The notes: a model not told the origin generated them from the letters alone. A DNA stretch of 64,000 nt from Candidatus Binatia bacterium (GCA_963664395.2 OY761159.2:4736001-4800000), one strand, 5' to 3'. Positions 47,136-56,500 are shown, numbered from the stretch's first letter. Numbers and translations are program-made.

Positions 47136-49375
47136 GCCACGACGACCGCCCCGCCACCGACCCTGGAGAAGCCCTCGCCCTGCGCCCTTCCACCTCTTCA
47201 GAAGGAGGGGAACCGGAAAAGGGACGCGGGCTCCGCCTCGGGATCGGGCCACAACTCTATATCGGTCTGCTGGGTGGCGTCCTGCTGACCCTGAGTGTCA
47301 GCTTGGTGGCGTATTTCTCCTTTCACCAGATTATCCAGCACGGCTCCCGGCTGACGGAGTCCAGCATTCCCAACCTGAGCAGTGCAGTCGACGCGGCGCG
47401 CCAGAGTTCTGTGGTGGTGAACGGTGCCCTCCGCCTTATCTCCGCCTCTTCGCTTCAAGAGCACGGAACAGTGGCCGAAGAGTTGGCCAGAGAGCAGTCG
47501 GCCCTCAGCACCCTCGTCCAGGAACTCGCGTCCCGAACCGCCTTTGGTGAGCAGACCCGGCTGATCGAAGACCACCTCGCCGAACTGAGTGTCCACCTGG
47601 AACTCATCCAAGAATCGGCCGCCCGCCGTCTGGTCATCGCTCAGACGCTGGAGGGCCTCAAGCAGGAACTCGCCGAGACGAACCGACGTATCGAGCAAAA
47701 CATCGTGACCCTGATCGACGACCAGGAATTCTATCTGGTGGAGGGGCTGCGCCGCCTGCAAGACCAGCCGAGCCCGATCAATGAGCGCGCCTCCGAAGCT
47801 GAGCTCACCTACTCCCGGGGCCTGACGACCCTGAACCACCAGGCCAACCTCGCCGTCCTCCTGTTGGGCAACGCCCTGGTCCTGTCCGACCGGGGTCTGC
47901 TGCCGCCCCTACGCGAGCGCTTCCGTAGCGCCGTCCAGAATTTTCGGCGCGCCTACGAGCGGCTGTCGGCTCGCAGGCCGGACAGTCTGCTCGGTACAGA
48001 CCTGGAGCGCCTGGACCAGATGGGGGAAGCCGATGAGGGGATTCTTCCCCTGCGCGAGGAAATCCTGCTTCGCCTGGAGCAGGAACAGGCAGCGCTGGCA
48101 AAAGGCCGCGAGGCTTCTGCCCTGCTCCTTGCCGAGGTGAACACCTTGGTCGCCGAGATCAACGATGAGGCTGTCGACTCCAGTACTGCTGCCCAGTCTG
48201 CCGCCCAGACCGGGCGGTTGCTCCTCGGAGTACTCAACGTCTTGAGCATCTCGGGCGCCCTCCTCCTCGGCTGGTTGTTTGTGGGGCGCTATATGATCCG
48301 CCGCCTCGTCGGGCTGGCCACGGCCATGCGCTCCATGGCCGGCGGCGACCTGGAAGTGCCGGTCGAGGTGAAGGGCAATGACGAGGTGACGGATATGGCC
48401 AACGCCCTGGAAGTGTTCCGGCGCTACGCGCTCGAGGTGCAGCGGCTGAACCTGGTTGAGAAGCTGGCCGAAGAGCTGGACGCGAAGAACCGCACTCTGG
48501 AACAAACCCTGGAGAATCTCAAGCAGGCGCAAGAACAGATCATCGCCGAGCAAAAACTCGCTTCGCTCGGCCAGCTCACGGCCGGCGTGGCCCATGAAAT
48601 CAAGAATCCGCTTAACTTTGTGAGCAACTTCTCCGAGGTATCGGTCGAGCTGGTTGATGAAATCCACGAAGTGATGGAGGAAGCCAAGACGGGAGAGGTT
48701 GAGATTTCCGAAGAAATCGAGCCTATCCTCGCGGACCTCAGGTTGAATCTCCAGAAGGTCAAGGAGCATAGCAAGCGCGCCGACGGCATCGTGCGGAGCA
48801 TGCTCGAACATTCCCGCAGTGGGCCGGGGAATTGGCGGGAGACCGACCTGAACGCCCTGCTGAAACAATACGTGGACCTCTCCTATCACGCGGTGCGCGC
48901 CCACAATACAGACTTCAATATGACGCTGGCCCAGGACCTCGACCCGGAAATGGGTATGCTCACGGTTGTTCCCCAGGATATCGGTCGGGTGTTCCTCAAT
49001 CTCGTGACGAACGCCTGCCAGGCCCTTGATGAAAAACGCCAGAACTCGGACGGGGGCTATGAACCGGAACTGCGGATCGCCAGCCGCCGTCTGGAGGATC
49101 ACGCCGAGTTCGACATCCGCGACAACGGCACCGGTATCCCGGAGGAACTACGCGAACGGATTTTCGAGCCCTTCATGACCACGAAGAAGCCAGGTGAGGG
49201 GACGGGGCTGGGCCTGTCACTGATCACGGACATCCTCACCCGCCACGGTGGTTCCATCCGGCTCGACACCGAGGAGGGGTCCTTCACCGAAATGCGGGTT
49301 ATCCTCCCGCTCGAACCGCCTCCGGAAGCAGACCGGGGAACGCACGCTGAAACGGGCCGAGAATCGCAAGCATAG
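47132..49375 (+). CDS. HAMP sensor histidine kinase with a large helical periplasmic domain (TorS-like architecture)
   Basis: Two TM helices, HAMP, AHEIKNPL H-box, NLVTNA, DNGTGI, IFEPF, GTGLGL. Confidence 0.92.
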   Translation: MSHDDRPATDPGEALALRPSTSSEGGEPEKGRGLRLGIGPQLYIGLLGGVLLTLSVSLVAYFSFHQIIQHGSRLTESSIPNLSSAVDAARQSSVVVNGALRLISASSLQEHGTVAEELAREQSALSTLVQELASRTAFGEQTRLIEDHLAELSVHLELIQESAARRLVIAQTLEGLKQELAETNRRIEQNIVTLIDDQEFYLVEGLRRLQDQPSPINERASEAELTYSRGLTTLNHQANLAVLLLGNALVLSDRGLLPPLRERFRSAVQNFRRAYERLSARRPDSLLGTDLERLDQMGEADEGILPLREEILLRLEQEQAALAKGREASALLLAEVNTLVAEINDEAVDSSTAAQSAAQTGRLLLGVLNVLSISGALLLGWLFVGRYMIRRLVGLATAMRSMAGGDLEVPVEVKGNDEVTDMANALEVFRRYALEVQRLNLVEKLAEELDAKNRTLEQTLENLKQAQEQIIAEQKLASLGQLTAGVAHEIKNPLNFVSNFSEVSVELVDEIHEVMEEAKTGEVEISEEIEPILADLRLNLQKVKEHSKRADGIVRSMLEHSRSGPGNWRETDLNALLKQYVDLSYHAVRAHNTDFNMTLAQDLDPEMGMLTVVPQDIGRVFLNLVTNACQALDEKRQNSDGGYEPELRIASRRLEDHAEFDIRDNGTGIPEELRERIFEPFMTTKKPGEGTGLGLSLITDILTRHGGSIRLDTEEGSFTEMRVILPLEPPPEADRGTHAETGRESQA

Positions 49376-49730
49376 TGAAGCAAAGCGAACACTTGTCTAG
49401 GATACTATGGGTGCCAAGCATGCATTTCTCTCCCTGGCCTACCTCGTTGGTGCCGCACTCCTTTTTAGCGTTGTGCGGGCAGAGTTCTGGAAAGAGAAAA
49501 CGCCCGAAGCGGAGCGCTTGGAACAATATCACAACGTACCGGGCTTTGAATCGTCCGTGATTGAGATAACCGTTCTCTCATATAGGCAGGAGGGGCAGTT
49601 ACCCCCCTCCTGCCGCCTCGTCTGCCCATTCTCCACGTTTTTCTCCATTCCCATTTTTGGCACTTCTTCCCTTCTTGTGATAGGAGGGTGAGCATCGTCT
49701 TGCTAAGAATAGCTGAGTAAGGAGAGTGGT

Positions 49731-50726
49731 ATGTCCGCCGAGAGTATTACGTTAACTCGCCATATTTTAATGCAGCAGCAGCAACATCCGGGCGCAACCG
49801 GAGAATTTTCCATTCTCCTGTCTCAGATTGTACTGGCCGCCAAGAGAATCTCCCGGCGGCTGAGGGTGGCCGGGCTGACCGGGGCGCTCGGGGCAAGAGA
49901 TAAGATTAATGTGCAGGGCGAAATCGTTCAGAAATTAGACGAAATCTCGAATGACGCGTTTCTCGAATCGTTTGCCTATGGCGAGTTGGTGTCGGACATG
50001 GTGTCTGAGGAGATGGATCAGCCAGCACAAATCCTGGGCAATGCCGACAAGGGCAAATACGTTGTCTTTGTGGACCCGCTGGACGGTTCATCCAATATAG
50101 ACGTTGATGTCACTATCGGCTCCATTTTCTCGATCCATCGGCGTCCGGCCGGTAGTGGTGAGGAACTGAAAAAATCGCTGCACCTCAAGGGCAAAGACCA
50201 AGTTGCCGCCGGCTATGCTTTGTATGGCCCCAGTACCATGCTGATGTACACGGCAGGCAATGGGGTGCACGGCTTTACCCTTGACCCCGGGATTGGCGAT
50301 TTTTTTCTTTCACACGAGAATATTCGTATCCCCAGCCACGGCTCGACGTATAGCATCAACGAAGGGCGTCGAAACGATTGGTTTCCTGAAACGCGCCAAT
50401 ACGTCGCATATCTTCAGGAAAAAGACAAAGACTCCAGACGGCCCTACTCCGGGCGCTATGTTGGTTCCTTTGTCGCGGATTTTCACCGTACGCTGCTGAA
50501 GGGCGGCATCTTTCTCTATCCCGCTGATCCTAAGAACACGAATGGCAAGCTTCGGCTGATGTATGAAGCCGCCCCGATGGCCATGGTCATTGAACAAGCC
50601 GGCGGCCGGGCCAGCAACGGGAGGCAGCCGATTCGAGACCTCGTTCCTGAAGCCCTGCACCAACGGACCCCCCTCCTCATTGGCAGCTCCGAAGACGTGC
50701 AAAAGGCAGAGTCCTTTTATGCTTAG
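49731..50726 (+). CDS. fbp: class 1 fructose-1,6-bisphosphatase
   Basis: NVQGE.VQKLD, DPLDGSSNID, RYVGS.VADFHR, GKLRLMYE. Confidence 0.96.
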   Translation: MSAESITLTRHILMQQQQHPGATGEFSILLSQIVLAAKRISRRLRVAGLTGALGARDKINVQGEIVQKLDEISNDAFLESFAYGELVSDMVSEEMDQPAQILGNADKGKYVVFVDPLDGSSNIDVDVTIGSIFSIHRRPAGSGEELKKSLHLKGKDQVAAGYALYGPSTMLMYTAGNGVHGFTLDPGIGDFFLSHENIRIPSHGSTYSINEGRRNDWFPETRQYVAYLQEKDKDSRRPYSGRYVGSFVADFHRTLLKGGIFLYPADPKNTNGKLRLMYEAAPMAMVIEQAGGRASNGRQPIRDLVPEALHQRTPLLIGSSEDVQKAESFYA

Positions 50727-50762
50727 ATCGCGTGGCTGAATTTTTATGTATGTTTGTCTAAA

Positions 50763-50798
50763 GAAAGCAAACGAGAAAGCAAACGAGAAAGCAAACGA
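50763..50798. repeat. 12-bp perfect tandem repeat x3 abutting the aldolase RBS
   Basis: (gaaagcaaacga)x3 followed by GGAGGT and ATG. Confidence 0.9.
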
Positions 50799-50810
50799 GG
50801 AGGTAACATC

Positions 50811-51734
50811 ATGACGGAACGCGTACAAGAAATCATGAGTTGGTATAACGGCGACAATCCGGGCACGCGGATGAATATTGCCCGCTTACTCAATCATGGC
50901 CGCCTCGGAGGCACCGGAAAACTCGTTATTCTGCCGGTTGACCAAGGCTTTGAGCACGGTCCGGCGCGGAGCTTTGCTCCGAATCCCGCAGGATATGACC
51001 CGGACTACCACTTCCAGCTCGCCATCGACACCGGCTGTAATGCCTACGCCGCGCCGTTGGGCTTTATCGAAGCGGGAGCCGACACATTTCTGGACCGCGT
51101 ACCGCTCATTCTCAAACTCAACAATCACGACGTGCTGCACGATGAAGCAGACCCCCTCTCTTCGGTGACGAGCAGTGTTGACGATGCGCTCCGGCTCGGC
51201 TGTACCGCAGTTGGGTTTACCATTTATCCGGGCTCAACCGCGGCCCAGACCATGTACGAACAACTGCGTGAGATCACCAGAGAGGCCAAATCCAAGGGGC
51301 TGGCGGTCGTGGTGTGGTCCTATCCACGCGGCTCAGACCTGAGCAAGGCTGGGGAGACGGCGATTGATGTCGTGGCCTATGCCGCGCAGATTGCCGCCCA
51401 GATGGGTGCGCATGTCATTAAAGTGAAGCTGCCCAGCAGCCATATTGAATTGTCTGACGCGCAGAAGGCGTATCAGAAACATCACGTGCCCATTGAGACG
51501 CAGGCCGAACGCGTCCGCCACGTCGTGCAGAGCGCCTTTAATAATAAACGGATTGTTATCTTCTCGGGCGGAGCGGCCAAGGGTGATGAAGAATTCTTCG
51601 ATGAAGTCCGCGCGATCCGCGACGGCGGTGGGTTTGGGTCAATCATTGGTCGGAACTCATTTCAGCGAATGAAAGAAGACGCGCATACGTTCTTGGGCAC
51701 CGTCATGGGGATTTACGAAGGGTCGGTGCAGTAA
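50811..51734 (+). CDS. fbaB: class I fructose-bisphosphate aldolase
   Basis: LPVDQGFEHGP, WSYPRG, VIKVK Schiff-base lysine, IIGRNSFQR. Confidence 0.92.
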   Translation: MTERVQEIMSWYNGDNPGTRMNIARLLNHGRLGGTGKLVILPVDQGFEHGPARSFAPNPAGYDPDYHFQLAIDTGCNAYAAPLGFIEAGADTFLDRVPLILKLNNHDVLHDEADPLSSVTSSVDDALRLGCTAVGFTIYPGSTAAQTMYEQLREITREAKSKGLAVVVWSYPRGSDLSKAGETAIDVVAYAAQIAAQMGAHVIKVKLPSSHIELSDAQKAYQKHHVPIETQAERVRHVVQSAFNNKRIVIFSGGAAKGDEEFFDEVRAIRDGGGFGSIIGRNSFQRMKEDAHTFLGTVMGIYEGSVQ

Positions 51735-51771
51735 ACGCGCGTCTCTCCAAGAGGTCAACGGGCTGCAATAG

Positions 51772-51798
51772 AAAGGGACACGGCGTGTCCCTTTTTTT
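51772..51798. terminator. intrinsic terminator between convergent genes
   Basis: AAAGGGACAC-ggc-GTGTCCCTTT then TTTT. Confidence 0.85.
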
Positions 51799-51799
51799 A

Positions 51800-52477
51800 T
51801 TACCGCGTATCGGCGTAAAAGGTCTTGAGTGCGGCCGGTCGGATGCCAAAGAAATGGCACAGCCGCAGACCCCACATGAGTAGAATGGTTTTAGCGATAC
51901 CGTGCTTTTGCCAGCGGCGGGCAGAGGTCTTCACCCGTGCCCGCAAGCAGGCGATTCTTCCCGTCCGTTTGAGCTGATGGCTGAACTCCAGGTCTTCCAT
52001 GATATCCCACTCCGGGTAACCGCCGAGCGCTTCAAACGTCTCGCGGCGGACGAAAATTCCCTGATCGCCGGTGGCAATGCCGGTTAAACGAGAGCGGATA
52101 TTCATCAAGGTGCCGATCATCCGAAAGGGCCAGCCCGGAGCATCCACATAGACGTCAAAACGTCCACCCACAACGTCAGGGTCCGCCAAAGCGTGTGCAA
52201 TCAGCTCTGAAAACCGGGCCGGCGGAAGGGTATCCGCATGGAGAAAGAGGAGGGCTTCCCCGTTTGCTTCCTGGGCTCCGGCATTCATCTGCCGGGCGCG
52301 ACCACGCGGCGCTGAAACGAGCCGGTCAGCGTGTTGGCGCGCACGCTCGCCCGTTCCGTCGTCGCTGCCTCCATCTACAACGATGATCTCGCATGCACTC
52401 GCCTGTCGAACTCGGCGGAGCGTGCGCTCAATGCTGCCGGCTTCGTTCAGGGTTGGAATGACAACGCTAACGAGCAT
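51800..52477 (-). CDS. GT2 glycosyltransferase, TIGR04283 type
   Basis: SVVIPTLNE, GRARQMNAGA, FLHADT, GDQGIF, MEDLE, TSARRW. Confidence 0.88.
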   Translation of the reverse strand: MLVSVVIPTLNEAGSIERTLRRVRQASACEIIVVDGGSDDGTGERARQHADRLVSAPRGRARQMNAGAQEANGEALLFLHADTLPPARFSELIAHALADPDVVGGRFDVYVDAPGWPFRMIGTLMNIRSRLTGIATGDQGIFVRRETFEALGGYPEWDIMEDLEFSHQLKRTGRIACLRARVKTSARRWQKHGIAKTILLMWGLRLCHFFGIRPAALKTFYADTR

Positions 52478-52827
52478 TAGCCCCCTACCCGCAGGAAGGC
52501 CAGGGTGAGTTGGTGCTTAAATCGGGTTTGGTCCGCTTCACTGACGCTTTTGTAGGTAATAGACAAGAGCGTACGCTGGATAAGGATAGTGCGACTAAAC
52601 GGACTGGGCTTCGGTTCGAGCGGATGCATGACCAGCTCAAGCCTCCCCTGGCCAAGTGCCGTCTGGTAATGCCGGTCAGCGCCGCTGTCTTCTTGGGTGT
52701 AGGTATAGCCATACTGACGAAAGAGGTTCTCCAGGCGAGGGATGACTTCGTCCGGGGAAAACGCCACATTCCATTCTATTATTTTGTCTGTCACGCGGCT
52801 CACCTCGCGTATCGGAATACTGTCCAC
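52477..52827 (-). CDS. hypothetical protein
   Basis: 116-aa ORF whose stop overlaps the next start, inside the glycosyltransferase operon. Confidence 0.6.
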   Translation of the reverse strand: MDSIPIREVSRVTDKIIEWNVAFSPDEVIPRLENLFRQYGYTYTQEDSGADRHYQTALGQGRLELVMHPLEPKPSPFSRTILIQRTLLSITYKSVSEADQTRFKHQLTLAFLRVGG

Positions 52828-53492
52828 AGAATTCTATAGCCGGCTAATAGCGTCCCTTTGACCGTTCCACTCACTTTTGAAATACCAATACGCTGACGAT
52901 AGCGGACGGGCACCTCAGTGATGCGTAGCCCGTGGCGTATGGCCTTAATCTGCATTTCGACCGTCCAGCCATAGGTTTTATCCTGCATATCGAGAGCCAG
53001 GAGTTGAGGAAATCGGATCGCGCGAAACGGCCCCAGATCAGTATAGGTGAAACCATAGATGAGGTGAATGAGCCAGGTTGCCAGAGCATTTCCCAACTGT
53101 GCATGCCGGAGCAATGCGCCCGCTCCGGCCCGCTGAGGCCGGGAACCGATCACCAGGTCATAGCCTTCTTCAAGGACGGGCCGCACAACGTCGCCCAAGT
53201 CGTCGGGATAATCACTGTAATCCCCATCGAGAAAGACGAGAACATCCGGCTGCTTGTCCCTCAGATAATCAATGCCGGCAAGACAGGCCCAGCCATAGCC
53301 TCGACGCGATTCACCGAGGACGGTCGCACCGCCAGCTTGGGCAACTTGGGCTGTGTGGTCTGATGAACCGTTGTCCACAACCACGACTTCTTCAAGTTGC
53401 TCCCACGGCAAATCTCCAAGCACCTTGGGCAAGGACGCTTCTTCATTCAGGGCCGGGATCACCACAACAATGCGGGGACATGCAGTATTCAT
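52800..53492 (-). CDS. GT2 glycosyltransferase (polyprenol-phosphate sugar synthase-like)
   Basis: VIPALNEE, VDNGSSD, RGYG.ACL.G, FLDGD, TDLGPFRAI, YGWTVEMQ. Confidence 0.9.
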   Translation of the reverse strand: MNTACPRIVVVIPALNEEASLPKVLGDLPWEQLEEVVVVDNGSSDHTAQVAQAGGATVLGESRRGYGWACLAGIDYLRDKQPDVLVFLDGDYSDYPDDLGDVVRPVLEEGYDLVIGSRPQRAGAGALLRHAQLGNALATWLIHLIYGFTYTDLGPFRAIRFPQLLALDMQDKTYGWTVEMQIKAIRHGLRITEVPVRYRQRIGISKVSGTVKGTLLAGYRILWTVFRYAR

Positions 53493-53495
53493 CGC

Positions 53496-54230
53496 TTACG
53501 AAATCAGCCTGAAAGTGACCGTGACCGGTGTACCGTCCGGGGGCAGGATATCCCTCTCTACCTGAAAGCGCTGCGGGGACGAAACATAGTCCGCAATACT
53601 GAGACCGGCGTTGCTGACCTTGCCACTCGGACAACTGTATAAACACAGTAGACAGCCCGGTCGCGGGGCAAACGGAATGCGATTAAACCAGCGATCTCGA
53701 TTACCGCCAAAGGCCCATTCGATGGGAGAGTCACGGGTTGGGGGCGTATGAATAACCGTGTGCAGCGGCAGGCTCTCCGGGCCGGTCGGCCACGCCAGGG
53801 AGACGGCCAGGCGACTGCCGCGGACCTTCTGCTGTGGCGCACGGCTCGCCGGGTCAAAGCGGCGTGCCCAGGCTTCCAGTGACACATTATTGCCCGGCTG
53901 TGCTCCGATTGTGACCAGGGCGTCGTGAAAGGCGAGATCATCGACCGGTGTTTCAATCAGTGCGTTTGTAGAGTGGCCCCCATGCCAGGTGACCAAATGG
54001 TAGTGGGCCGTATTGCCATCAGCCTGATTAAAACGGGCGGGATAGATCACGCCATAGATCGTGACCGTCTCTTCCTCTACGGAAAAAACCAGAGGCGTCT
54101 CAAGCGTTGCCGGCTGCCGGGCGCGAGCAGGACTCCCCAAATACCCCAAATACCCAAGACCCATGACAACACTCAACAGCAAAAGAGAACACCTCAGAGA
54201 GGTAGGCGGCATGTTTCTTCGATTCCTCAT
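53496..54230 (-). CDS. YdjY-like exported protein with a cysteine cluster
   Basis: N-terminal hydrophobic segment; ALIETPVDD..FHDAL..IGA.PGNN; GCLLCLYSCPSG. Confidence 0.65.
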   Translation of the reverse strand: MRNRRNMPPTSLRCSLLLLSVVMGLGYLGYLGSPARARQPATLETPLVFSVEEETVTIYGVIYPARFNQADGNTAHYHLVTWHGGHSTNALIETPVDDLAFHDALVTIGAQPGNNVSLEAWARRFDPASRAPQQKVRGSRLAVSLAWPTGPESLPLHTVIHTPPTRDSPIEWAFGGNRDRWFNRIPFAPRPGCLLCLYSCPSGKVSNAGLSIADYVSSPQRFQVERDILPPDGTPVTVTFRLIS

Positions 54231-54237
54231 TCACGCC

Positions 54238-55665
54238 TCAGACTGCACCGCGAGGGCGTCCGCCCGTCCTCGTCCGCCACCATTCCCACGCCAGCAGCGC
54301 GTAAAAGGGTAGATACTCCAACCAGACCACCCAGCGGAAAGTTTCGGGCTCGCCGCGATAGAGAAAGTAAAAGGCAAGGTAGTACAGCCCGATGAGGCCG
54401 GACAAGAGCAGCCAGGAAGTACGCGGGAAAAGGCACACAAACGGCATGACCCACATAAAATACCACGGATTGCCGACCGGACTGAGCAAGAGCAGCACCC
54501 CCACCACAAAGAAGCAGCCGCGCAAGAGCTGTAGTTCATTCCCCTCATTATTCCACCATAGGGCAACAAGAACTGCCCCCCCCAGACATCCAGCCACAAC
54601 GCCATTCGCCAGCCAGCGACCTGCCATCACCTGACGGAATAGAGGGAACACAAAACTGTTGGTCTGCCATTGTTCGGCAAATATGACAGAGCCCTGCCAC
54701 AACGCGCTCCCGGCATCCACAAACGGGGCATAGCCGGCCACGACCACCAGACAGGCAATCGTAAGTCCGCCCCAAGCTCTTCCGAGACCGTGGCGTCGCC
54801 AAGCCTGATAGGCAAAGAGGGGCAACAGGACAACGGGGAAGACCTTACCCAATATGGCTCCACCCAGGCTCATACATCCGACCAGCGTCCGTCCGCTGAC
54901 AAGCGCCCGCAGGGCCAGCAGAAGCAGAAAGATCGGGACGACATCATAATGCGGCGAGTTTATCGTTTCTTTGATGACCAGCGGTGACCAGGCATAGATC
55001 AGCACCCACAGCGGAGAACTGCCCAGGTGATGCAGTAACCCGACAATCACCACGCACACCGCGAGGTCAAAAAACAAGAAGACAAGCCGTAAGGCGAGCA
55101 AACTACCCGGCGCAACCAGGGCAGTCAGCCCAAATACCGCTTGCGCAACAGGGGGGTAAAGGGTCGGCACCCCCGGATGGTTCACCCGAGACAGGAGGAA
55201 GGCAAAGTGCTCATCCGTGTCTGCTATGTCCCGGTAGGGTCGCAGCGGTCCCTCTTTGCCACTGTACATTTGCACATCCAGTGGAGCGAAGCGGTACGGA
55301 TTAAGACCGCTGGCAACCACCTTGCCATCCCACAGATAGCGATAGAAGTCGTCCTCCTGAATGGGCTCGGAAAAGAGTAAGACAAGCCGAAAGAAGACCG
55401 CAAAGATAAACACCAACGTCAGCGGGGTATGCTCAGCTCCCTGCCGTTTGACCCGCCACACCGCCACGGCGTAGACGCTAAAAGCGACTCCGTACAAACA
55501 CACAAAGCTCCAGATCGGCCGTTCCTGGTGTCCTTGGCCATAGCTGAACGAATGACTCAAGCAGGCTATGGCAGCATAAATAATAAGCAAAAGCACACCG
55601 AGGATGGTCAGCCAGCGGGAGAGGGAACGGTCAGGCATAGATGGACACTTCTCGGCTGAGTTCAA
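54238..55665 (-). CDS. GT87/DUF2029-like integral membrane glycosyltransferase (GT-C)
   Basis: EDDFYRYLWDG, NPY..AP, TLYPP, YAWSPLV, LSPVGNPWY; start may be ATG 55638. Confidence 0.85.
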   Translation of the reverse strand: MNSAEKCPSMPDRSLSRWLTILGVLLLIIYAAIACLSHSFSYGQGHQERPIWSFVCLYGVAFSVYAVAVWRVKRQGAEHTPLTLVFIFAVFFRLVLLFSEPIQEDDFYRYLWDGKVVASGLNPYRFAPLDVQMYSGKEGPLRPYRDIADTDEHFAFLLSRVNHPGVPTLYPPVAQAVFGLTALVAPGSLLALRLVFLFFDLAVCVVIVGLLHHLGSSPLWVLIYAWSPLVIKETINSPHYDVVPIFLLLLALRALVSGRTLVGCMSLGGAILGKVFPVVLLPLFAYQAWRRHGLGRAWGGLTIACLVVVAGYAPFVDAGSALWQGSVIFAEQWQTNSFVFPLFRQVMAGRWLANGVVAGCLGGAVLVALWWNNEGNELQLLRGCFFVVGVLLLLSPVGNPWYFMWVMPFVCLFPRTSWLLLSGLIGLYYLAFYFLYRGEPETFRWVVWLEYLPFYALLAWEWWRTRTGGRPRGAV

Positions 55666-55765
55666 TGCGCATCTTCAGGCACTATTTCCCCTTCACTGTC
55701 ACAGACACAGCCGCTTCAAGGAAGCCGAGGATGGTGACCGACGGCCCTCCTCGGACACATCTACG

Positions 55766-55854
55766 GGTTCCCCCGTACACGCGGGGATAGACCTCTTCCC
55801 AACACAAATGCCTGGCGTCGTTTCATGGTTCCCCCGTACACGCGGGGATAGACC
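55766..55854 (+). CRISPR. orphan CRISPR mini-array, type I-E-like: two identical 28-bp repeats and one 33-bp spacer
   Basis: GGTTCCCCCGTACACGCGGGGATAGACC at 55766-55793 and 55827-55854; 61-bp period; CCCCG/CGGGG hairpin; no cas genes in the window. Confidence 0.8.
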
Positions 55855-55905
55855 GGAATGAAGCATCCTTCCCCCTCCCCCCCCACGGCCTCACACGTCC
55901 AAACC

Positions 55906-56229
55906 TTACGGCGCAAACATCTCGCCCAAGACGGCCAAGACTTCTCGTGTGGCCTTGTCACTGATTTTCCCCAGGCGGCGAACCAGGCGTGTTTTGTCAA
56001 TCGTGCGAATCTGGTCCAAGACGACCTGACCGCTTTTTCTCTGAAAGCGAACGGGAATACGGGTGGGATAGGGACGACCTTTTGTTGTAAGCGGGGCAAC
56101 GATAACGGTACCGATATGCCGGTTCATCTCATCAGGCGATATCACGACACATGGGCGCGTTTTCCGAATTTCATACCCTTCGGTGGGATCAAGCCGCACC
56201 AGGTACACCTCAAAACGGGCAACTACCAT
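55906..56229 (-). CDS. PemK/MazF family toxin
   Basis: RFEVYLVRLDPT.G.EI.KTRPCVVISPDEMN...VAPLT...LDQIRTIDK.RL; start 56229 or 56235. Confidence 0.94.
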   Translation of the reverse strand: MVVARFEVYLVRLDPTEGYEIRKTRPCVVISPDEMNRHIGTVIVAPLTTKGRPYPTRIPVRFQRKSGQVVLDQIRTIDKTRLVRRLGKISDKATREVLAVLGEMFAP

Positions 56230-56477
56230 TCCCACTCCGTGGTATCCCATTCGGTGGCAGAGAGCGCGTCTTTATCCACAAGAGCATCGTCCTGGTGCTC
56301 GTGCATGTGCCGAAAAGCGTCCTCCCAGCGACTCCGGGGCCTCGAAGCCGGTCGAACAACCAGATGGTCGTCCCGTAGTTCGAGTTCCACTTTGTCCCGG
56401 AGTTGGCACTGTTCCAAAAACGCTTTGGGGATACGGATGCCGCGCGAATTCCCAATTTGAACGAGGGCGGTTTTCAT
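56223..56477 (-). CDS. AbrB/MazE/SpoVT family antitoxin
   Basis: VQIGNSRGIRIPK, acidic W-rich tail (EWDTTEWEW) overlapping the toxin start. Confidence 0.93.
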   Translation of the reverse strand: MKTALVQIGNSRGIRIPKAFLEQCQLRDKVELELRDDHLVVRPASRPRSRWEDAFRHMHEHQDDALVDKDALSATEWDTTEWEW

Positions 56478-56500
56478 CAGAAAGCCTCCGTTTTGTTGAA

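Noticed and set aside
37890-49102. Long antisense ORFs (37890..39257, 45693..46859, 47909..49102; also 5615..6481)
   Set aside because: Shadow frames of GC-rich genes with clear products on the other strand; no motifs.
49407-49691. 94-aa ORF after the histidine kinase
   Set aside because: No RBS or recognisable family, and the 3' part looks like promoter sequence; possibly a gene remnant at the island edge.
32700-49700. A defined mobile element (prophage, ICE or transposon) carrying the R-M and signalling genes
   Set aside because: No integrase, transposase, tRNA target or flanking direct repeats seen; only gene content and composition suggest foreign origin.
4259-50810. Long N-terminal extensions in the ORF track (nitroreductase 1, mug, rdgB, tsaE, cofG, fbaB)
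   Set aside because: These are longest-ORF artefacts; downstream starts fit the RBS, gene overlaps and family lengths better.
55705-55915. Additional degenerate CRISPR repeats one period up- or downstream
   Set aside because: The sequences at 55705-55732 and 55888-55915 do not resemble the repeat.
56447-56477. CRISPR spacer targeting the start of the antitoxin gene (shared TTCCCAA and TTTCAT)
   Set aside because: Only a 7-nt contiguous match, the two blocks are out of register by 2 nt, and there is no convincing PAM; compatible with chance.
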